DNA from: Octopus vulgaris | Taxonomy: Eukaryota | Assembly: GCA_951406725.2 (NCBI GenBank) | Contig: OX597833.1 | Location: 28,458,001-28,522,000 of the forward strand | Direction of reading: 5' to 3' | Length of the DNA: 64,000 nt | In this document: one piece after another, positions 26,768-38,896 of the stretch | Layout of the letters: every line of letters begins with the position of its first letter | Position numbering within the stretch: the stretch's first letter is position 1 | The notes under the pieces: generated by a model | Told to the model about the DNA's origin: nothing | The model's input: only the letters and a program-made list of their open reading frames with translations | Databases searched by the model: none | Position numbers and translations under genes: made by a program

Positions 26768-28009
26768 TTAAGCTTAATGATTATATAATGTACAAGAATT
26801 AAAGAAAAAAGGACTCATTATATTGAATGTTATTAATAATATCAAGTGGAAATAGGGGGTGCTGCAGTTCCATAGTACCTATAGACGAGCTGCCACTGGG
26901 CTCCACCAACAATTTCATCTTTTGGTGCACTTCCTTCTGAGCCCATTCATCAGTATAAATTCAGCACACTTGACAGAGAGTTTTGAGATGCAGCAGAGAG
27001 AGTTTTGACAGACACCATAGGAGATGGCCAACAGAGATGGTAGACTATAGCTAACAACATAATGGCAATGAACAGTCAGAGGATGAAAATGGTTTTCGTC
27101 ACTGTTTACAATTATCTTTAAAAAAGTTTTTTAATGAATTCATATAGATGTAATCTGTGATGCTGAATCCAAATTTGTTATTCATTTATTCCAGAAAAAT
27201 TTTGCAAAAATGTTACAGGTATTCAAAGTTTGAAAATTTTCAGAATTTTCAGTCAATCAGAAAACAGCACATTTGCTGCCTCTTCCATCATCTGGAGGGG
27301 GGGGAACATCTGCATGTCAAAGCATTGCTAGAAATAATAGTCAAAACATTAAAATATATACGAATGAAGTTAACATTAAAACATTCGTGAGCAAATTAAA
27401 TATTTAAAAGCTACGAACAAACAAACCAACAGGAATTGCTAGAAACAACAGTCAAAACATTATTTGAAACAGACATTTATTAGTTAAAGAAAATTTAAGA
27501 ATGAAAATTTGCAAATACATTCTAGGATTTTATAAAATAAACTAACTGGCCCTGTGCCATCAAAAACGATGGCTAATTGTAGTATTTTATATATAAATAT
27601 GGATGGTAAATCAAATCAATACACTTGCCAATGTTATCTAGTGGTTGTCTTTACACACACACACACAAGCATTCACATACCTCCCTTTTGCATTTACACG
27701 CATATACTCACACAGAGTTGAAATGCTCCCACTACCAGTTTGCCATCACCCCTTCCTTCCCTATTCATCTATCACCCCTTCCCTTCTCGTTCATATATTG
27801 TAATGGAGAAAAACAAAAGAGTATTATTATAGTAGATTATCTTTCTCATATCTCCTTCTCCTCCTTGTGCACATGTGCAGCATCTTTAGTTACTATGTGA
27901 TCGCCTTGGTGATGTGTAAAAAACTTGCTTCTGATTGGCAAAAATACCTAAATTTTGCAAATTTTAAAGGCTAATAACTTTTTAATTATGGATTTATAGG
28001 GAAAATGTA

Positions 28010-28558
28010 TTGGGTTGTCCGGAAAATTCGTGCCAACTTTTAAAAGAAAGAAAAAGGTCAATAAATACTTGCCATTACATTTTTAATCAACCAAATATGA
28101 ACCATTTTGTTGCACCATGTGTCTCTATTGTTCCTTTAACTTGAAAATACCCTCTTCCCAGAATTGAGGTGGTTTCATGGCAAAGAATTCATCACGGTAT
28201 CTTTTTACGTCATCCAAGGAATTGAAATTTTTACCATTAAGACTATTCTGCAGAGACCTGAATAAGTGGAAATCTGAAGGAGCAATATCTGGTGAATATG
28301 AAGGGTTGGGTAGCACATCCCAGCCGAGCTGCAGCAATTTTTGTCTGGTTCCTAAATCATCAAGTGCCGAAAATGAACTTTCTTATCTTCCATTTTAAAG
28401 GGTTACAGAATTAACACAGGTTATAGGAACATAAACCTTCTTCCAGGAAAAGATAGCTTAAACTGTGCTCTAAATGGAGCTGTAGTCAAATTCTATTTTA
28501 TGGACTCAACCATGTTCTAAAATAAGTCGAAAGGCAATGAACTTTCCAGACAACTCAA
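28010..28558 (-). mobile_element. Internally deleted mariner element
   Basis: TIRs ta|ttgggttgtccggaaaattcg and gaactttccagacaactcaa; ORF 28125..28337 has PSYSPDIAPSDFHLF. Confidence 0.88.
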
Positions 28559-29326
28559 AAATTTTATTTTCATAATTAGTACACAAAACTTAATCCATAT
28601 ACCAAATTTAAAAACAACTGGAACAAAATTGTAAACAATGACGAAAGCCATACAAAAATCCAAAGGCCATTAGAATTCAGTAGCATGGCAAGCGACTAAC
28701 TACACTTTATCTGCTGCTACAACTACACCAAAAACATTAACATTCAAAACTCTCAATGTCATTCATACTAATAATATTTTTGTCTACAAAAAGAATAAAA
28801 TTTTGTGTATCAAAAATCTCAACAGATTTCACTGTCTAATTTCTCATGCAATTGGTGACCCTGTCTTCTTTCTTGTACATAGCTATATTCTAAAAGGATA
28901 CTTCTATAGCAGAAGTGTAAAGAGCACCACAGTGTTGGTAACCTAGATGCTACCATCATGATAGCAGTAGTGTTAGGGAGCAGCACCGTTCTGGTAGTCT
29001 AGAAAATCTTTGTGGTTGCAAGTAAACAATGTAACTCTCTAGAAAATTTAGTGACTCCACTGTTTATTCTTTCTGAAGGCCATCATTCACCAAGTTACTA
29101 TCTCCAAATAGCACCATGACTCCTAAGGTTACACTTCACCAAACATTGTAATATCAACAGATTATGACTCACTCAAAGCACTTCTACTGCTCCACAGCAA
29201 CAACAATACTCACAGCCATGACAGGGATCTGTAGCTTCAAACTTAGAGAGTCAGCATAGCTAAAAACCTACACAACAGCAGAAGTTTCTTAAGAGGAACA
29301 TTAGTAAAAAGTAGTTGAATACTCAC

Positions 29327-29530
29327 ATTGTTGTTAACTGGTTTACATCGTCCAACAGTGATGAACCACCAACGTGGTCTGATCGACCGGAAGAACCTGA
29401 TTCCATCACATTTATTGTAACTGTAGCCACTATGGTTCATCAGCTGACATCCTGACCATTCATAGTCTTCAGACAGGTCAACAATTTGGAAGTAATCAGG
29501 CCGCAGTACAGACACCTTGTCTTCACATGT
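29327..29530 (-). CDS. TMEM145: TMEM145-like exon C (204 nt, phase 0/0): TCEDKVSVLRPDYFQIVDLSEDYEWSGCQ...RSIRPRWWFITVGRCKPVNNN
   Basis: Acceptor catttcatatag, donor gtgagt; overlaps ORF 29243..29515; WSGC and RxxRxRWW motifs. Confidence 0.93.
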
Positions 29531-31109
29531 CTATATGAAATGTAAGAAACCATTGCAAAAGTTGTTGGTATACCCATGTTGTTTAGTTATTTCAAATGAC
29601 AACTGGTAAACAATAATATCACTGGTTGCAGGATTCCAATCACATAATTACTGGCTCACTGCATTTCTGACAAAATGACAAAACTGATGAATCAGGGTCC
29701 ACACAAAACCCCGCTAGGACAAAACTCCCCTCTGGACTATGTGAATGAGAGGAAGACCATGGAGGAATTTCTGAATGACGTAGAGTACAGCATCAGGTTG
29801 TAATATAATAAACTTTAAAAGAACCTCAACACAAAATGATTAGAACAAAAATTATGATTTAAAAATTGCATGGTCTTTTTTTTTTACATGGGGGGTGGGT
29901 TATCTTCATGGATTTTCTTTCCTTGCTTTTTTGTCCCCTAGGGGTTTTTGTCCTACACTTGATGAATCAATAAAGTTGTTAGAGTAGCAGACAAAATGCC
30001 TTGTGGTACATGGTCCAGTTCTCTGCACTCTGAGTTCAAATTCTGTTAAGGACAGCTGTGCCTTTCATCCATTCAAGGGTGGTAAGTTATTAATGTCTAA
30101 GGTGGTTCACTGGCAGAATTATTGGAGCAGTGGACAAGACGCCTGGCAATATTTGTTCCACATTTTTATATTCTGAGTTCGTGAGTGGCAGACTTAATCT
30201 ATCAAATAATTCAACAACATTCTCTGGTCCATGAATGCTTTTAACAGAGTTCATTCTGTTGCAAGAATTCATGCCATATCTGGTTTGGGGATAACTTCCT
30301 CTTACCAGCCTTGGTCTTGATTAAGGTTAAAAAAAAGGAGGGGGGGGGCATGAGCACTACCCTTCCTTCCCTGACTAAACAGTAACAAAAATACACAACT
30401 CAGTGCAGAATTATTATTGAAAAGCATTTCGCTTAACGACCTGCAGGGAGGGGATCCATTTTCTGACCAGCATTTACACCTTTTGCCTACATACATGTTG
30501 TGCTTGTGGTGGCAATTGTTGTAAAACACAGTGGTTTGTGGTTAGTACACCATATTGTAGTGGTGGCTGTTGTAAAGTCGATTTACGCACACCCCCAAAT
30601 TATTAACCTGTCACAGTCTACATATGTAATGCTTTAAGTATGGAACAAAATCGAACACATAATCTGTTAAAGATACAACATTTATTTATATATTAACCAT
30701 AAAACAACTGACTGATAAATATTTCAAATTATGTACTTATGTGTGTGTCCCATTTGGATTTACTGTAATGTAAACTGTTTAACCACACTGTTCACATGCC
30801 AGTCACACACTCTAACCAGTTTAACGATGACCTGTTACTAAATGAGCTCTTAATTACAGTGGATTTATTTTTTAATGTTTATATATCAATTCTCTCTCTC
30901 TCTTTCTCTATGTATGTGAATATAAATATATATATTGTATATATAATTTCCTTGTCATTTCAACTTCTTATTACTGCTCTGTACCTGAATGGTGATTCGT
31001 TTGGAGCAAATGCATATTGAGTTCTAACACCAAGTTATTAATATTGCTATGCATAAGCAAAATATTAATAATAATAATAATAATAATAATTTATAACACA
31101 CACACACAC

Positions 31110-31950
31110 AAAGGTGGGCTGAAAAGTTCATTGGCTGACTATGAAGGAGTGATGCTAGAGCAGTGAAATTCTGCAATGCATTACTTCAACCCTTCTTATT
31201 AACTGCATTTGTTTCTTTCCAAGTAAACTGACATCTGATTGTTCAAAGACGACTTCAAAAGTAGCGAGTAGCAACTTCTCTTGAAAATCGACAAAATTTG
31301 GCATTGTGTTGCTATCAAATACCTGCAGAAAAAGGGTTTAGCCCCCAACAACATTCATGCTGACATGGTTGCTACATTAAGGGATGATGCTTCAGCTTTT
31401 ATCAACAATGCAAAAGTGGGCAGCTGAATTTAAGATGGGAAAGAAGAGTCTTTAAGATAACCCAAGGTCTGGATGTCCTGCAATTGCAACAGAGAGAAGG
31501 AGACAATCCATGCAGTGGAAACACCCATCCTGACCTGCTTCAAAAGCCATGGTCATTTTATCTGTGAGAAGGTGATGGCCTAAGTTTTTTGGGATGCAAA
31601 AGGCATTGTATTTATTGACTATCCTCAAAAGGGCCACACCATCAATGGCAGTTACAAAAGGCTATCAAAGCCAAACACCCAGGAAAACTGACAAAAGTGG
31701 TTGTTTCATGAGGACAATAAACTCCAGCACACAAGTCTTTCGTTTCAATAGCTGCTGTGTGTGATTGTACCTTTGAACTTGTTGATCAGCCTCCCTTATT
31801 CTCCTGATTTAGCCCCATCTGACTATCATCTATTCCCCAACATGAAAAAATACTTGATTGGGAACAAATATCACAGTGATGATGACATCACATCTGCTGC
31901 TGATGACTATTTTGACCAATAGGACAAAAGCTTCTTCACTAATGTGATCC
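31110..31950 (+). mobile_element. Degenerate mariner element (same family as 51453-52712)
   Basis: TIR aaggtgggctgaaaagttca; remnants QKWAAEF, DNPRSG, FWDAKGIVFID, YSPDLAPSDYHLFPNMKK. Confidence 0.88.
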
Positions 31951-32029
31951 TTCTTATTCTTTAAAAGATGGTAAGTTGTGTCTTAATAAAGTTTTGACTT
32001 ATTTCTAGTAGGTTATAACCATTGTAATT

Positions 32030-32295
32030 GTGACTTGTGGTTGTTACTGTTGTTGTTATCTTTTCAGTCCCTACTTCTGTTGTTGTTGTTGTTGTTATTG
32101 GGTGCACTTGCTACTGTTGATGTTGTTACTGTTACAGTTACTGCACAGGTTACAAATGTCATCACCATGTTTACTGCTGCTGTCACCATGGTTACTGCTG
32201 TCATCACCATAGTAATTGTTGCTACAGTTACTGCTGTTGTTGCCATGGTTACTGCTGCTGTTGCTATGGTTATTGTTACTTATTGTTGCTGTAAC
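32030..32295. repeat. Low-complexity (GTT/GCT/ACT)n minisatellite
   Basis: Repeated tgttgt / gttactgctg / caccatggttactgctg units. Confidence 0.8.
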
Positions 32296-32322
32296 TCATT
32301 AAAGAAGTAGAAGGTACCTTAC

Positions 32323-32391
32323 CTTTTCACTGTCGTAAATCTCCTTCCATTGGTCATCAAAGTAGAAATACAGCTGCATACCCTGATAACT
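32323..32391 (-). CDS. TMEM145: TMEM145-like exon B (69 nt, phase 0/0): SYQGMQLYFYFDDQWKEIYDSEK
   Basis: Acceptor cccttatttcag, donor gtaagg; YFDDxW motif. Confidence 0.9.
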
Positions 32392-33257
32392 CTGAAATAA
32401 GGGAAGAATAAGGGTGAACTCCAGGGTCAACACAGTAGTAGTTGCTATACTGTACTAACAAAGTCATGAATCAAGAAACTTCCAAATAAAGGTGAGATTA
32501 TCAGATCCATGTAATAAGAGTGGTTATGTACAGTGACTCCTACCTCACCCTTATACTCTAGTAACTCTGAAATAAGGAGTAAGATTTCGCGATTCTTCAC
32601 ATTAGTTATCCTATCTACTTCACCCTACCAACAAAAAAAGAAGACTAACCTGACTTTATATACAGTTTAAAAGTCAAAAGTGAAATAAAATGGTCTACGG
32701 TGAAGAAGACAAAAATTCGACTTATCTAGCAAAGCCTATGACTCTTTGACAAAGGAAACTGCTTCAAATGTTAAACTTTTCTTCTTCCCCATAGTAAGCC
32801 AATTTATTCCAATTTTGAATTCACTAATGGCTGGCACATACTATCAATAACTTTCATGGATCCTATTGTTAGCTTTATAAACAGTCTATAAGTATACATA
32901 AGAATGTCAATCTACTTCATGATCTGAAATAATTTAGAGAAAACATGGTCACTGACCAAAGGGTTCAAAATTTTGATGGCTCTAAAAAAAATCACTTGAC
33001 CACATTGTTCATACAGTCATGTCAGGCCACACTGTGACTGCTCCTTTCTTGACTCCACCTAGAGGATGTACTCCACCAATAGTTTCACCACTACCCAGTG
33101 GATTCTATCAGACAGATCATGTAATCATGTGGTTGCATGTTCCAATGATGGAGTTTCTAAGTGGTCAAATGAGCCAATGATGGGGCCTTTATATAGTTAC
33201 TCAACCAGTTAGAAATACTAGCCAAATCTCCCTCAAATCACACGTACTCATATATAT

Positions 33258-34128
33258 AGGGTACAGTGAATAAACTGTATTCTAAATTGTGCAAAAATGA
33301 AAATAACACTGACATCTCATTTTAACAGATATATTTACAAAAATAAGATAAAAATATTTTGAAATACTAAAGAGTAAATTTATTCAATAAAATCGCCATT
33401 GGCTTCAACCACAGTCTCCAGACGACTTCAGAATCTCCTGAAACTCTTCTAGATGATCTCCTTGTTTAAGTTGCTGAATGCTGCCATAATCCTTGCCTTC
33501 AGTTCATCTTTGGTGTTGCAAAGAGTTTTGTTGGTCTCTCACTCAACTGCACCCCACACACAATAATCACGGAGGTTGCAATCTGGGGAGTTAAGTGGCC
33601 AGATGTTAGGGGTGATATGGTCACAGAAATTGTCTGACAGCCATGACTGGGTTCTCCTGCTTGTGTGGCATGTTGCAGAGTCCTATTACCAGACATAGGG
33701 TTTTCCAGCAGCCACCCTCTTGACTCAGGGCAGCACTACCTCCTCCAAGCATTTGATGTAGGCCTCCGTGTTGAGTCTGAGGCTATGTGTGAAGATGAAT
33801 GGAGGCATAACGTTGCCATCACTAGTGATCACTCCAAACATCATGCTGTTGACTGGATGTTTGATTTTTATCACTCTCAGTACATGTCCTCAGATTGACA
33901 CCCAAACACTCTGGAATGTTCGTATTGGAGCTTCTGATGCAAACACCAAGAAGTACAGCATGTCGTTTCCAAACTTCTGGCAGAGTGAACTGCATCTTGG
34001 TGCTGTTTTTCTCACTAATGTTACTCAGCTGACTCTACTATATTGTGTAGTCGACAAAATCAAAAACAAACAATGCACATACGCAAAATTAAAAATATAA
34101 AATGGTGACAATTTACCCATCACACTCT
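33258..34128 (-). mobile_element. Degenerate Tc1/mariner-superfamily element
   Basis: Minus strand ...MMFGVITSDGNVMPPFIF...HITPNIWPLNSPDCN...VWGAVERETNK; imperfect TIRs. Confidence 0.78.
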
Positions 34129-34144
34129 CGGCTTGCTAAAAAAA

Positions 34145-35208
34145 AGAGTAGGCTGGGCAAAAGTTCTGTTACTCTGCTGGTAACAAGGGGCCTCTCACTC
34201 AGAGTGAAAGGAAGACTGCATGATAGCTGTGTGCGAACAGCTATGCTACATGGCAGTGAAGTATGGGCTGAGACTGCTGAGTACATGCGTAAGCTTGTAA
34301 GAAATGAAGCTAGTATGCTCTGCTGGATGTGTAATGTCAGCATGCATGCACAACAGAGTGTAAACGTCCTGAGAGAAATGTTGGGCATAAGAAGTATCAG
34401 ATGTGGTGTACAAGAGAGATGACTGCGCTAGTATGGTCATGTGTTGCATATGAATGTGGACAGCTGTGTGAAGAAGTGTCACACTCTAATGTTGGTAGAC
34501 CCAGGAAGACATGGGACAAGGTGGTGAAGCACGATCTTCGAATGGTCAGCTTCACAGAAGCAATGACAAGCAACTGAGACCTTTGGAGATATGCCGTGCT
34601 TGAGAAGACCAATGAAGCCAAGTGAGATTGTAGTTGTGGCTGATGCCAGTGCCATTTGACTGGCATCCATGCTAGTGGCACGTAAAAAAACACCGGTCAA
34701 GCGTTGGCCCTCATGGAGGCAGTGACATCATGCCAAATGAGATTGTAGTTGTGGCCGATGGAAGTATGGCATAACTGGCTCATTAAAAGCACCCTTCAAT
34801 TATTGGCCAATATGTTGTGTTTTTGAAAACATGTCGAACCAAGTGAAATTGTAATCATGGCTGAAGCTAGTGCCATCTGCCTGGCATGTAATAAGCACCA
34901 TTCAAGCATTGGGCCTCATGGAGGCATTGACAGGTGACCAAGACCTTTGGCAATATACCATGCTTGTGTAGACCTGTCAAGTTAAGTGAAACCATAGTCG
35001 TGACTGATGCCGCTGTCAGGTAATTGGCACCCATGCCAATGGCACATAAAAAACACCCACTACACTCTCGGAGTGGTTGGTGTTAGGAAGGGCATCCAGC
35101 CGTAGAAACCTTGCCAAATCAGATCAGAACCTGGCTTACCAGTTTTCAGTCAAACTGTCCAACCCATGCCAGCATGGAAAGCAGACGTTAAATGATGATG
35201 ATGATGAT
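34145..35208 (+). mobile_element. 5'-truncated RTE LINE, same family as 23660-25486
   Basis: GLSLRVKGRLHDSCVRTAMLHGSE; shared 3' tail ending in (GAT)n. Confidence 0.88.
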
Positions 35209-35799
35209 ATATATATTTCATCTTTTATTTGTTTCAATCATTAGACTGTGGCCTTGCTGGGACACCACCATGAAGAATTTTTAGTCAAATGAATCAACCC
35301 CAGTACTTCTTTTCTATTTTTTTTTTTAAGACTGGTATTTATTCTACTGATCTCTTGTGCTGAACTGCTAAGTTATGGAGACATAAATATACCAATACTG
35401 GTAGTCAAGTGGTAGTGAGGGACAAAAGCAGAGACAAAGAGACACACATATACAGCCGTAATCTGGAACATAACTGAGAGTCACTACAGTATCTGCCCAG
35501 ATGATATATCCTTCCAAACTTTTACACACACACACACATATATATATCTTTTAAATTTGTTTACAGGAAACATTTTGAATATTCAAATAAAGCTCCTATT
35601 CCATTATGCTGGCTACAGTCTAATAATGCTAACTGCTGAACCAGTTTTTTGGGGTTGTACCAATATAATGTAGGATAAATATAGTAATAGCAATAATCCT
35701 TGGATGGAATTTATAAATATTCTTAAGAGACATGTGATTTGTGGAAACACATGTAGCAATGCATTAAAATATTTATAAATTCCAGCCGAGAATTATTAT

Positions 35800-35866
<67 letters not shown>

Positions 35867-35871
35867 GTGGG

Positions 35872-36081
35872 GGTCACAAAAGTGACAGAGGGTACTGACT
35901 AGCACCAGCTATTACTAGAAACAAGAGTTAAAAGTCATAACTCAAAAACGACAGAGTATTTGGAGACTTACTTCCCTTTGTCAGTCATTAAGTACAGTGG
36001 TTAGTGGCTTTTGAGTTGTTTTAACTCTTATTTCTAGTAAATAGCTGGTGCTGGTCAGTACTCCCTGTCACTTTTGTGACC
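35872..36081. repeat. Fold-back MITE-like inverted repeat (about 78-bp arms)
   Basis: ggtcacaaaagtgacagagggtactgactagcaccagctatt... pairs with ...aatagctggtgctggtcagtactccctgtcacttttgtgacc. Confidence 0.85.
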
Positions 36082-36131
36082 TATCAATTTTGGCGTTAGG
36101 TTCAAATTGCTAATTAGCCAATTCAATATGT

Positions 36132-36163
<32 letters not shown>

Positions 36164-36689
36164 CACACACATAGGATTCTTTCAGTTTCCCTCTACCAAA
36201 TCCACTCACAAGGCTTTGGTTAACCAGAGGTTATAGTAGAAGGCACTTGCCCAAGATGCCATGCACTGGGACTGAACCCAAAACCATGTGGTTGAGAAGC
36301 AAGTTTCTTACCACACAGCCACACCTGTGCCTACTATATCTAGAAAGGAAATGGAATGGTCACAGTTAAATTGCATTTGATCATAACTCTGCTTGATCAG
36401 AGCAGCCCTGAGATTAAACATTTGGTGGTGTATATCTAACAACAAATGTAAAAAAAAATATTTAAAAAATATTACACAACACATCTTTATTTGCTTAATA
36501 GAGCAGTAACAGGAAATAATCACAATGAAAGGATTAAATTACCACACAATTGTTGATCACATACATTCAATAAATTGTCTTAGTGTCCAGTTAAAAGAGA
36601 AAAAGATGGGTTGCAATCAAAATTAGCAAAGAATAAAACTGAATAGTACCAATAATATATTGAATTCAGTGCCAGAGAAAACCACTTAC

Positions 36690-36779
36690 AGCAGGAAACT
36701 GGAAGGAATACTGTACTGAACCAAGACGGTTCTGATCATCTCCAGACAAAAAGCAAAAGCGAGTCAGGAATTTCCAGTT
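36690..36779 (-). CDS. TMEM145: TMEM145-like exon A (90 nt, phase 0/0): [30 protein letters not shown]
   Basis: Minus-strand acceptor ttttacttttacag, donor gtaagt; FLTRFCFLS motif. Absent from the ORF track. Confidence 0.93.
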
Positions 36780-37204
36780 CTGTAAAAGTAAAAATATCAA
36801 AATGGGTAATACATATTATATACGTCTAACAAGTAGTTTCTCTGAAAGCTATTTTACATGCATTTCTCTCATGTTTCCTTGTCCTTCATTTTTAGTCAGT
36901 CTTATGCTGAGCCAGACAACAGTTCATCCACATCCACCATGTCTGTCACTGGGCTGCAAAGGCTAGCACTGGTTTCTTAGGACAGTGTGTGGAGAAAGCT
37001 GCAGGCGCCTTGCTGTACCCAAGAAGACCTGTCCTCCACAGCAGAAGTGTTGACGCTCCTCCCCTTGATGAAGAGGATTGGCTTGCAAGAGCCCAGTGCT
37101 GGTGCCACATTAAAAGCACCCAGCACACACTATAAAATGGTAGGCATTGGGAAGGGCATCCATCCACAGAAACCAAGCCAAATCAGGCTGGAACCATGAT
37201 TCGA

Positions 37205-38470
37205 TCATGCAGAGATACCCGGCATTGCCCGTGTTACATGCAATTGAAGAATTAGATTTTACTGTTCTATTTTTTGTAATGAACTGGAATATCTATGTTT
37301 CGAATTTCATCAAAATTGCAGATGAGGGTTATCTCCCTCCTAACACACCCTAAAAAAGATTGTAATCGTGCCACATGTATCCCATACTACTGATTTTTAT
37401 GCACATATTCCAAAATTCCAGTTTTATTGAACCTGTTAAAAAGATTTTGCTCCTGAAAAATGAAGGTTATGGAGCTCTAAAATGTGAGAGTTAAGGCCCC
37501 TCTTGGGGGTGGGCATCTTAATGTCAACCAGAGAAGTTGAATTGTTGAGAATCTTTTTAACTTGGGTCTTATATCTATTGTTTGAATTTCTTTGAAATAG
37601 GAAATATATGTTCACTGGGTTTGTAAAAGAGAGCAAAGCTACAGGAAACCAAAAGACCAATGATCACAATAAGCAGTCAGTTACCCTACCCTAGTTGTTA
37701 CCACTCCCAATGTAGGATTCCTCACCATCCAGGTAACAGGCACAGCTGTAAAATGCATTACGAATCTATAGCAATTGGAAGGGCATGACCCAACTGAAAT
37801 AAACATTAACAGCTGTGTGACGTGAGGGCTAAGGAGAAATGAAAGTGTCACCTCTGGAGTTTGAAAATGACCACTATACTGATATGTAACTGGACAGAAT
37901 AAATTTACAATCTATAAATGTCTTTGAATAACCAGTCACTCATCTGGGAAGGCCTTGAAATCAATGTTACCATCTGGGGACTATGTGTGACCCAGTGATA
38001 ATAAAAAGACTGAAAGGAGGTCTGCAATCAAATAACTTTACTCAACACTTTGCAACTGAATCAGTGGAGGCAAAGATGCCTCTCAGTTACTTGACAATTT
38101 ATGCAGCACATTGCAGACATCACAATATAAGTGTATATCAAAGCAAACTGTGACACTGTTGTGCCATTGAATTACAAATAATGCTCATCTTTTATACTCA
38201 GGTAACACTACAGCTTCCAAGAGCACAACTGTATACATTTTTGCTTAGATAAAATGCCAAAATTGTAGGTGTTAAGTCCCCATGGAGGGGTTTTTCTAAC
38301 TTGTAAGAAGATGAAATTTTATAAATATTACTTCATTTGTGTCTAATATCTATGGTTAAAATTTCAATTTCCAAATTTCATAAAGATGCATTCAGTACTT
38401 TTGACCTAGTTTTGGATCATAAAAGAAATTACTAAAATTTGGGAGTTAAGGCCCCCATTAAGATGTTTTA
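37205..38470 (-). mobile_element. Possible decayed non-autonomous Helitron
   Basis: cagagatacccggcattgcccgtg resembles the Helitron 3' hairpin at 8935 and 63055, but the terminal CTAG is not intact. Confidence 0.35.
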
Positions 38471-38699
38471 TATATATATATATATATAATAAAATATTAG
38501 GGAATAAATCCAAACTTACAGAGAAAAATCAGATTTAGGATTGAATCCAATTTTATAGTAAAATATTATATTATATTAAATTAGACATAAAACCACTATT
38601 AGGCAAATCAAACAATGAAAAACTTAAGCCAATACATAAGATTAATTAATTTATATTATTTAAATATATATCAAAATTATTAAAAAAGATAATTAATAT

Positions 38700-38768
38700 A
38701 ACACTACGATCGTTTCATGGCTGTTCAATTCTTAAAATTTTCGAGTTACAGTCATTCTTCAGGTGGTT
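38700..38768 (-). ncRNA. Type-I hammerhead ribozyme motif (left arm, mirror copy)
   Basis: Reverse complement of 38828-38896. Confidence 0.75.
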
Positions 38769-38827
38769 TACATATTTAACTTGGCGAGGTTTAATCAATG
38801 ATTAAACCTCGCCAAGTTAAATATGTA

Positions 38828-38896
38828 AACCACCTGAAGAATGACTGTAACTCGAAAATTTTAAGAATTGAACAGCCATGAAACGATCGTAGTGTT
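38828..38896 (+). ncRNA. Type-I hammerhead ribozyme motif (right arm)
   Basis: aaccac-CUGAAGA-[AUGACUGU...ACAGCCAU stem II]-GAAAC-gauc-GUA^-guguu. Both core boxes, a palindromic stem III (ACGAUCGU) and a short stem I are present. Confidence 0.75.

Larger units (their letters stand above)
6834..36779 (-). other. TMEM145: Span of TMEM145-like gene (11 identified coding exons; first and last coding exons not located)
   Basis: Spliced translation [12 protein letters not shown]...YFDDQW...WSGCQ...RSIRPRWWFI...LTNG...SADQFTILEVD...RQLYHSTYKMF...[15 protein letters not shown]...[21 protein letters not shown]...REKIVNG...FPFHIKTSQI follows, in order, the motifs I recall from vertebrate TMEM145 ([78 protein letters not shown]). 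All junctions are GT-AG and phase-compatible. Confidence 0.93.

Noticed and set aside
32030-32310. Thr/Val- or Cys-rich ORFs resembling antifreeze or mucin proteins
   Set aside because: This is a low-complexity intronic minisatellite, open in several frames.
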